Assembly: GCA_012729095.1 (NCBI GenBank)
Contig: JAAYDU010000027.1
Location: 1,238-65,237, forward strand
Length of the DNA stretch: 64,000 nucleotides
Source of the DNA: Methanobacteriota archaeon
GTDB lineage: Archaea; Thermoplasmatota; Thermoplasmata; Methanomassiliicoccales; UBA472
Direction: 5' to 3'
Part shown: piece after piece, positions 1 to 5,304 of the stretch
How the letters are laid out: each line of letters starts with the position of its first letter
How positions within the stretch are numbered: position 1 is the first letter of the stretch
Notes under the pieces: model-generated
What the model was told of the DNA's origin: nothing
The model's input: only the letters and a program-made list of their open reading frames with translations
Databases searched by the model: none
Position numbers and translations under genes: made by a program

Positions 1-1
1 C

Positions 2-286
2 GGTTACGTGGGGGGCCTGCACTACACCCATTTCTCGGGCGTGGAGCACGAGGGCGGCAATGAACGGAGGGTAACCCCGATCAAGAAGGGAGACCTGCGC
101 TTCGAGCCCATGGCCGAGTATTTGGCCGACGCCAACCTGAACGCTACGATCATATCCAGCTCGCCACTGCTGGAGCACGATGCCATGTACATGAAGGTCA
201 TCTACGAGAGGGTGATGACCAAGCGGGTGTCCAAGGACATCAAGGTCAAGAAGGGCAAGGGCGCCAAGGACGATGATGAGGAGTGA
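2..286 (+). CDS. C-terminal part of a xylose-isomerase-like TIM-barrel / AP-endonuclease-2 family protein (5' end outside window)
   Basis: The frame is open to the left edge. The tail HYTHFSGVEHEGGNERRVTPIKKGDLRFEPMAEYL resembles the C-terminal metal-binding strands of endonuclease-IV-like TIM barrels. The TGA stop at 284-286 overlaps the GTG start of the next gene (GTGA). Confidence 0.4.
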   Translation, partial: GYVGGLHYTHFSGVEHEGGNERRVTPIKKGDLRFEPMAEYLADANLNATIISSSPLLEHDAMYMKVIYERVMTKRVSKDIKVKKGKGAKDDDEE

Positions 287-822
287 AGGAGACCACGGCC
301 TACGTTCTTGAGGAGGTCAGGCGAACCATCGAGCGGGTGGACGAGTCCATCATCGATGAGATCGTCGAGATACTTGCCTCCGCTCCTAAGATATTCATTT
401 ACGGCGTCGGGCGCTCTGGCCTGGTGGGCGAGGCCCTGGCGGCCCGCCTGGTACAGCTGGGACTTAACGTTCACTTCGTGGGAGACACGACCACCCCCAT
501 CGTGGAGAGGTCGCATGTCGTGCTCATATTCTCCAACACCGGGGAGACCATGTCAGCGGTGCAGACCGCCAACATCGTTCGCCGGCTGGGAGCCGTCGTG
601 ATCAGCATAACAGGCAGTGCCCATTCCAAGCTGGGCATAGCCAGCAACATCGTCCTGGAGCTAGTGCAGCCCAGGGACGAGCGTAAGAAGAAGAACGCCC
701 CCCTGGGAACCATCTTCGAGCTGTCCAGCATGGTGATGATGGATTCCATGGTTCCGTTGCTCATGGCCAGGCTGGACCAGGACGAGGCCTCGCTTCGCCG
801 CCGGCACGCCATATGGGTATGA
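283..822 (+). CDS. SIS-domain sugar-phosphate isomerase, probably 6-phospho-3-hexuloisomerase (RuMP pathway)
   Basis: 179 aa. The string IFIYGVGRSGLVGEALAARLVQLG...LIFSNTGET...ISITG is the SIS phosphosugar-binding pattern, and the size is typical of PHI. GTG start coupled to the upstream gene. Confidence 0.7.
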   Translation: MKETTAYVLEEVRRTIERVDESIIDEIVEILASAPKIFIYGVGRSGLVGEALAARLVQLGLNVHFVGDTTTPIVERSHVVLIFSNTGETMSAVQTANIVRRLGAVVISITGSAHSKLGIASNIVLELVQPRDERKKKNAPLGTIFELSSMVMMDSMVPLLMARLDQDEASLRRRHAIWV

Positions 823-1401
823 TCACATCCTGATCTTCTTGGGCCGCACGCTCTCCCCATAATAGGGGTTCTGGAACTCGTCCCAATAGACCAGGAACTT
901 TCGGCGGAGGACCTCGCCGTCCGAGAGGCAGAAGGCGTCCATCTCCTTTCGCACGGGGTCCACCACCAAAGCGGTGTGGTATGGCCGGTCGAACATGCCC
1001 TTCTGAGTGGAGATGTCCGTGGAGGAGAGGAAGCAGCCGTGCCCGGGATGGGAGTGATACCATCCGACCAGCACGTAGCGGAACCTGGCGCACTCCAGGG
1101 AGGCGAACAGCGCCTCAAAGCCTTCCGGATCGAACCTAACGCTGACCGAGGTCGCCTCCAGATCGGTGGTGGCCACATCTCGCACCACGGTGTACTCCAC
1201 GCCCTGGTGGGTGAACACCTCACCGAGAAGGAAGCCCATGACCTCCAGGCCTTCCTTCACCTTGGAGAGGGCGTGATTGCGCACCTTCTCCTCGGCGGTC
1301 TTGAACAGGTACATCTCCGCCTTCTTGCCGGAATACATCGGCAAGGCCTCCTTGGGGAGCCATTTATGAGGCAGCGTCCTCTCCTGGGCCGGAGGGGACA
1401 T
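823..1401 (-). CDS. Rpn11/CSN5-like JAMM (MPN+) metalloisopeptidase of the ubiquitin-like cassette
   Basis: Carries EVMGFLLG (catalytic Glu) and VGWYHSHPGHGCFLSSTDISTQ, i.e. E...HxHx7Sx2D. The start is taken at the ATG at 1401 (MSPPAQ...), preceded by GGAGGTGGAGGAG. The longer track ORF to 1629 overlaps the E2 gene out of frame. Confidence 0.85.
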   Translation of the reverse strand: MSPPAQERTLPHKWLPKEALPMYSGKKAEMYLFKTAEEKVRNHALSKVKEGLEVMGFLLGEVFTHQGVEYTVVRDVATTDLEATSVSVRFDPEGFEALFASLECARFRYVLVGWYHSHPGHGCFLSSTDISTQKGMFDRPYHTALVVDPVRKEMDAFCLSDGEVLRRKFLVYWDEFQNPYYGESVRPKKIRM

Positions 1402-1445
1402 CTCCTCCACCTCCAGGTCCTTCCCTCCCAGGATGACCGGCCCCT

Positions 1446-1952
1446 TCAATGTTTCACCACCTTCGGGGCGGGGACCACGATCAGGGGAGGCATTCTCCTG
1501 GGGGAGGAATTGAAGTACTGGGCAGCGGCGGTGCAGGTGTCGGTACCGAACGGGCTGCTGCCGTTCGGGGATATGAGTAGGGATTCCAGCCCCTTGATGA
1601 ATGTGGACAGCGTGGAATTGAAGGACCATTCCGAAAGCAGCTTGATGCAGACATGCCCCCCGTCCTCTGGCATCATGATATTGGGATGGAATATAGGCGT
1701 CCTCCAGATCACCAGCGGCTTTTCGAACGGGTACTCCCGGCCGATGATCAGCTCCATCCTGTGGCTGTAACGATAGGATATGTTCCCGTTCTCCATTACC
1801 GGACCAGGGGTGCCTTCCAGGGATATCTCCACCTTGAGAGGGAACCTCGTCAGATGCTCTTCGCTGTGATCGAAGTCGGGAGGGAGGTTGTGACGGCAGG
1901 CCTCCAACTCGTTCCTCAACCTGATTAGAAGTATCTCCAGGGGCAGGGTCAT
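1446..1952 (-). CDS. UBC-fold ubiquitin-conjugating enzyme (E2)
   Basis: 168 aa. REYPFEKPLVIWRTPIFHPNIMMPEDGGHVCIKLLSEWSFNSTLSTFIKGLESLLISPNGSSP matches the UBC core (YPF.xP.V.F.T.I.HPNI...G.IC...L..W......LL..PN...P). HPN is at residues 89-91 and the candidate catalytic Cys is residue 102. The start overlaps the Ubl stop (ATGA). Confidence 0.85.
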   Translation of the reverse strand: MTLPLEILLIRLRNELEACRHNLPPDFDHSEEHLTRFPLKVEISLEGTPGPVMENGNISYRYSHRMELIIGREYPFEKPLVIWRTPIFHPNIMMPEDGGHVCIKLLSEWSFNSTLSTFIKGLESLLISPNGSSPFGTDTCTAAAQYFNSSPRRMPPLIVVPAPKVVKH

Positions 1953-2194
1953 ATCTTCCCGCCCTCAGGGTCGGGTATCAGCTCCAGCTCCTCGTTCGAC
2001 TGTATGTCCAGTTCCTGCACCTTTTGCTGCCCCCTCAGCAAGCGCCGGCCCTTGCGTATGACATAAGCCCCTGGGTCCTTCTCCCAATAGGCCGAAACGC
2101 CCTCGATTATCTCCTCCACGGTGTTCTCCATCTCCAGTTCCATGTCGACCGTGGCCCCGGTCTCTGCGTTCCTGACCCTTACCCTTACCACCAT
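1949..2194 (-). CDS. Ubiquitin-like beta-grasp modifier precursor (C-terminus ...EGG-KI)
   Basis: 81 aa. The pattern MVVRVRVRN / ATVDMELE / helix NTVEEIIEGVSAYW / AYVIRKG / ELELIP fits a beta-grasp. A di-glycine at residues 78-79 is followed by two extra residues. It sits between the E1 and E2 genes. Confidence 0.75.
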   Translation of the reverse strand: MVVRVRVRNAETGATVDMELEMENTVEEIIEGVSAYWEKDPGAYVIRKGRRLLRGQQKVQELDIQSNEELELIPDPEGGKI

Positions 2195-2224
2195 TTTATC
2201 GGACCGGGCAATCCCTGGGGAGCA

Positions 2225-2260
2225 AGTATAATCCTTTCCATTAGAGTCAGTATTATGATA
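2225..2260 (-). promoter_or_regulatory. A/T-rich island in the E1-Ubl spacer, a possible internal promoter for ubl-E2-JAMM
   Basis: The minus strand reads ...ctgattatcataatactgactctaatggaaaggattatacttgc... about 30-65 nt upstream of the Ubl ATG (2194). This is the only A/T-rich patch inside the cassette. Confidence 0.3.
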
Positions 2261-2261
2261 A

Positions 2262-3086
2262 TCAGACAGCGGGATGGTTGGGGCACCCCTGATCTATGTC
2301 CAGGGACAGTATGTCACTGGTCCCCGCCAGGCCGTCGTAGTGCATGACATGCTCCATGACCGGACGATGGGAAACGATCTTAACGGCCTCCCGCACCTGC
2401 ACCGCGGCTATGATGCTGGTCGTCGTTATCTCGGCGGCCATCTTCGGCCGGTAGAAGACGGTGTCCTGGCCGGTGCAGCTGAACCGGCGTTCCATGACCT
2501 TGAAGTGGCTGCGGTTCATACCGCATTGAAGGCAGGGGGTCAGAGGGGGCATCACCACCTGCACCCTTCCCCGGAACCCGTCGGTGCCCCCGTCCACGTA
2601 CGGCACTCCGGCGTGATAGGAATTGGCGTTCAGATGAAGCCTCGCCGCCACGTTGTCCAGGCACCCCAGTATCAGGTCGTAGCCCTGCATCTCAACAGGC
2701 CCCAAGGATTGAACCCTTTCCTCGATGGCCTGGACCTCCGCCTCCGGATACAGGTCCCGCGCCCTTTCCGCCACCAGCGAGGCCTTGCCCCTCCCGGACC
2801 GCTGGTCCCCCTCCCGGAACAGCACGCAGCGGTTGAGGTTGGAACGCACTACCGTGTCCATGTCAAGAACGTCCACTTTCCGGAAGCCGAACAGCATCAG
2901 GTCCTTGACCGCCTCGTTCCCCAGCGCTCCGGCGCCGACCACGAGGACCCGGGCCCTCTGCACGCCCTCCATGTCCACCCAGGAGATACGCCTGGTCCGG
3001 TCGTGGCGGTCATCGTCCCTTTCCCCCGGGCGTATGGATTGGGGCATGGGAAACGGACCGCGCCCTGAGTATAAAACGAACGACAT
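2262..3086 (-). CDS. ThiF/MoeB/UBA-family ubiquitin-like activating enzyme (E1), adenylation domain only
   Basis: Carries the Rossmann loop VLVVGAGALGNE, LDMDTVVRSNLNR, CLDNVAARL, PYVDGGTDGFRGRVQVVMP and CLQC...FSCTG...CPNH. An alternative start is the ATG at 3047, which lies about 26 nt downstream of a TTTTATA element (see 3068-3078) and would give a leaderless mRNA. Confidence 0.85.
   Translation of the reverse strand: MSFVLYSGRGPFPMPQSIRPGERDDDRHDRTRRISWVDMEGVQRARVLVVGAGALGNEAVKDLMLFGFRKVDVLDMDTVVRSNLNRCVLFREGDQRSGRGKASLVAERARDLYPEAEVQAIEERVQSLGPVEMQGYDLILGCLDNVAARLHLNANSYHAGVPYVDGGTDGFRGRVQVVMPPLTPCLQCGMNRSHFKVMERRFSCTGQDTVFYRPKMAAEITTTSIIAAVQVREAVKIVSHRPVMEHVMHYDGLAGTSDILSLDIDQGCPNHPAV
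3068..3078 (-). promoter_or_regulatory. Putative TATA box for the E1 operon
   Basis: The minus strand reads cgTTTTATActc. The spacing to the ATG at 3047 is about 26 nt, as expected for an archaeal leaderless transcript. It lies in the divergent region shared with ppk. Confidence 0.3.
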
Positions 3087-3172
3087 TGCCAGTGCGCGTT
3101 TTGATATTCACGGACCGATGGACTGGGCGGTAACCTCATATATACTGGAGGTCGGATGGGATATGGACGCAT

Positions 3173-5299
3173 ATGCCAGCCCGAAGGAGCAGCGCAGACC
3201 AGAGGAAAGGTGTTCGTGAACGGAGCTCAGTGAAGCGGCCCGCGGACACGCCCTTCATCAACCGGGAGATCAGTTGGATCAGGTTCCACCAGCGCATACT
3301 TGAGGAGGCGCAATGCACCGACCACCCCCTCTTGGAAAGGGTCAAGTTCCTGGCCATATGCGGCAGCAACCTGGACGAGTTCTTCATGGTGAGGGTGTCC
3401 GGCCTCAAGAGGCAGCTGAAGAAAGGTGCCTTGGAGACCCCGCCGGACGGCCTGACCCCCCTGGAGCAGATGGAGGTCGTCAACGAAGAGCTGCTGCCAC
3501 TGCTAGAGGCCCACGGCAAGCTGTGGTACGAGGACCTCCTGCCCAAGCTGGAAGCGGCGGGGATCACCATACATCGCGTGAAGGACCTGGACACGGGCAG
3601 GCGCCAGGGATTGCGCGATTACTTCGAGAGGATGATATTTCCAGCGCTCACGCCCTTGGCCCTGGACTTCAATCAGCCATTCCCGTTCATTTCCAATCTC
3701 AGCATAAACCTGGCGGTCAGCGTGAGACACCCCCAGCGAGGGGACCGCTATGCCCGGGTGAAGGTGCCCCTGGACCTGTTTCCCCGCTTCGTCCCCCTTC
3801 CGGGGAGCTCTCCGGGAAGGAAGCAGGAGTTCGTCCTGCTGGAGGACCTGGTGGCCGACAACCTGGACCTCCTGTTCCCTGGAATGAAGGTCAGGTACTC
3901 GCACATGTTCCGCATCACCCGAGACGCGGACATCGAGATAACCACCGATGAGGCGGAGGACCTGCTGACGGCCATAGAGGAGAGCGTGGAGACCAGGAGG
4001 ATAGGCTCGCCGATCCGCCTGGAGGTGGGCAAGGACATGCCGGACAAGCTCGTGGACCTTTTCGCCACCAAGCTTGGATTGCATCAGCTCATGGTTTTCC
4101 GTTCCCACGCCCCGCTGTCCATGGTCAGCTTCTGGGACCTTCTGTCGCTGCACCGCCCGGACCTCAAGGACCCGCCCTTCCTTCCGTTCGTCCCTGCGGA
4201 CCTGATGCCGGAGAAGTCCCTCATGACCGCGGTGGAGCATCGTGACAGGCTTTTCTATCACCCCTACGACAGCTTCGTGCCCCTGGTGAACTTCCTGAAG
4301 CAGGCGGCCAACGACCCGCAGGTACTGGCCATCAAGATCACTCTTTATCGCATAGACAAGCATTCCCCGGTCATCGACGCCCTCATGGAGGCGAGGGAGA
4401 ACGGCAAGGCGGTGGCCGCGGTGGTCGAGCTGAAGGCGCGCTTCGACGAGGAGAACAACATAGTATGGGCTAGGGCGTTGGAGAACGCCGGGGTGCACGT
4501 GGTGTACGGGCTGATGGACCTCAAGGTGCACGCCAAGCTGCTGCTGGTCGTTCGGAAGATGGGGGACAGGATAGTCCGCTACAGCCACATGAGCTCGGGG
4601 AACTACAACGCCCAGACATCCCGCATCTACGGCGACATAGGTTACCTCACGGCCGACCAGGACATAGGGGCTGACGTGGCCGACCTGTTCAATTTTTTGA
4701 CAGGCTATTCGTACAAGGACTCCTACCGGAAGCTGCTGGTCGCCCCGGTGACCCTGAAGGACGAGATGATCGCCAAGATAGACCGGGAGACCGCCCGGCA
4801 CCTGGAGCATGGAGATGGATACATAGCGTTCAAGCTGAACGGGCTTCTTGACCCGGACGTGATACAGGCGCTGTACCGGGCGTCCCAGGCGGGCGTTCGC
4901 GTGGACCTGAACGTGCGCGGCCTCTGCGCCCTGCGACCCGGCGTCAAGGGGCTGAGCGAGAACATCCGTGTGAACAGCATAGTCGGGCGCTTCCTGGAGC
5001 ACGCCCGCATCTACTATTTCCGAAACGGCGGGGAGGAGGAGGTGCTGCTGGGGAGCTCGGACATGATGCCCCGCAACCTGAAGAGAAGGGTGGAGGTGCT
5101 CTTCCCCGTCCTGGACGAGGGATACCGCCGCATGCTCGTGGACAGGATACTTCCCATCCACCTCATGGACAACACCAAGTCCAGGGACATGCTGCCCAAC
5201 GGGACCTATGTCATGAGGAAGAGGGGAAAAGGAGAGGAGAAGGTGGACTCCCAAGAATGGCTGATAGGGAACCGTGGTTACTGGCACGGGGAGGAGTAG
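3173..5299 (+). CDS. ppk: Polyphosphate kinase 1
   Basis: 708 aa. N-terminal FINREISWIRFHQRILEEA. The autophosphorylation-site context is LKVHAKLLLVVR. The C-terminal PLD-like repeats contain GRFLEHARIYYF. TAG stop. Confidence 0.9.
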   Translation: MPARRSSADQRKGVRERSSVKRPADTPFINREISWIRFHQRILEEAQCTDHPLLERVKFLAICGSNLDEFFMVRVSGLKRQLKKGALETPPDGLTPLEQMEVVNEELLPLLEAHGKLWYEDLLPKLEAAGITIHRVKDLDTGRRQGLRDYFERMIFPALTPLALDFNQPFPFISNLSINLAVSVRHPQRGDRYARVKVPLDLFPRFVPLPGSSPGRKQEFVLLEDLVADNLDLLFPGMKVRYSHMFRITRDADIEITTDEAEDLLTAIEESVETRRIGSPIRLEVGKDMPDKLVDLFATKLGLHQLMVFRSHAPLSMVSFWDLLSLHRPDLKDPPFLPFVPADLMPEKSLMTAVEHRDRLFYHPYDSFVPLVNFLKQAANDPQVLAIKITLYRIDKHSPVIDALMEARENGKAVAAVVELKARFDEENNIVWARALENAGVHVVYGLMDLKVHAKLLLVVRKMGDRIVRYSHMSSGNYNAQTSRIYGDIGYLTADQDIGADVADLFNFLTGYSYKDSYRKLLVAPVTLKDEMIAKIDRETARHLEHGDGYIAFKLNGLLDPDVIQALYRASQAGVRVDLNVRGLCALRPGVKGLSENIRVNSIVGRFLEHARIYYFRNGGEEEVLLGSSDMMPRNLKRRVEVLFPVLDEGYRRMLVDRILPIHLMDNTKSRDMLPNGTYVMRKRGKGEEKVDSQEWLIGNRGYWHGEE

Positions 5300-5304
5300 G
5301 GGCC

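Noticed and set aside
1402-1629. N-terminal extension of the JAMM ORF. Analogous extensions occur in the track ORFs 31677-33191, 43917-44771, 52252-53511, 53564-54847, 13267-14142 and 12461-13312.
   Set aside because: The extensions overlap the upstream gene out of frame and have junk-like composition. Internal starts with SD-like sequences or ATGA overlaps restore family-typical N-termini.
5297-5299. TAG stop of ppk as a possible pyrrolysine read-through site. The same question applies to the TAG stop of fibrillarin at 19498-19500.
   Set aside because: The downstream in-frame sequence is junk, and the next gene starts 6 nt later in another frame with its own SD. PPK1 is full-length at this stop, and no Pyl machinery or methylamine methyltransferase genes are in the window.
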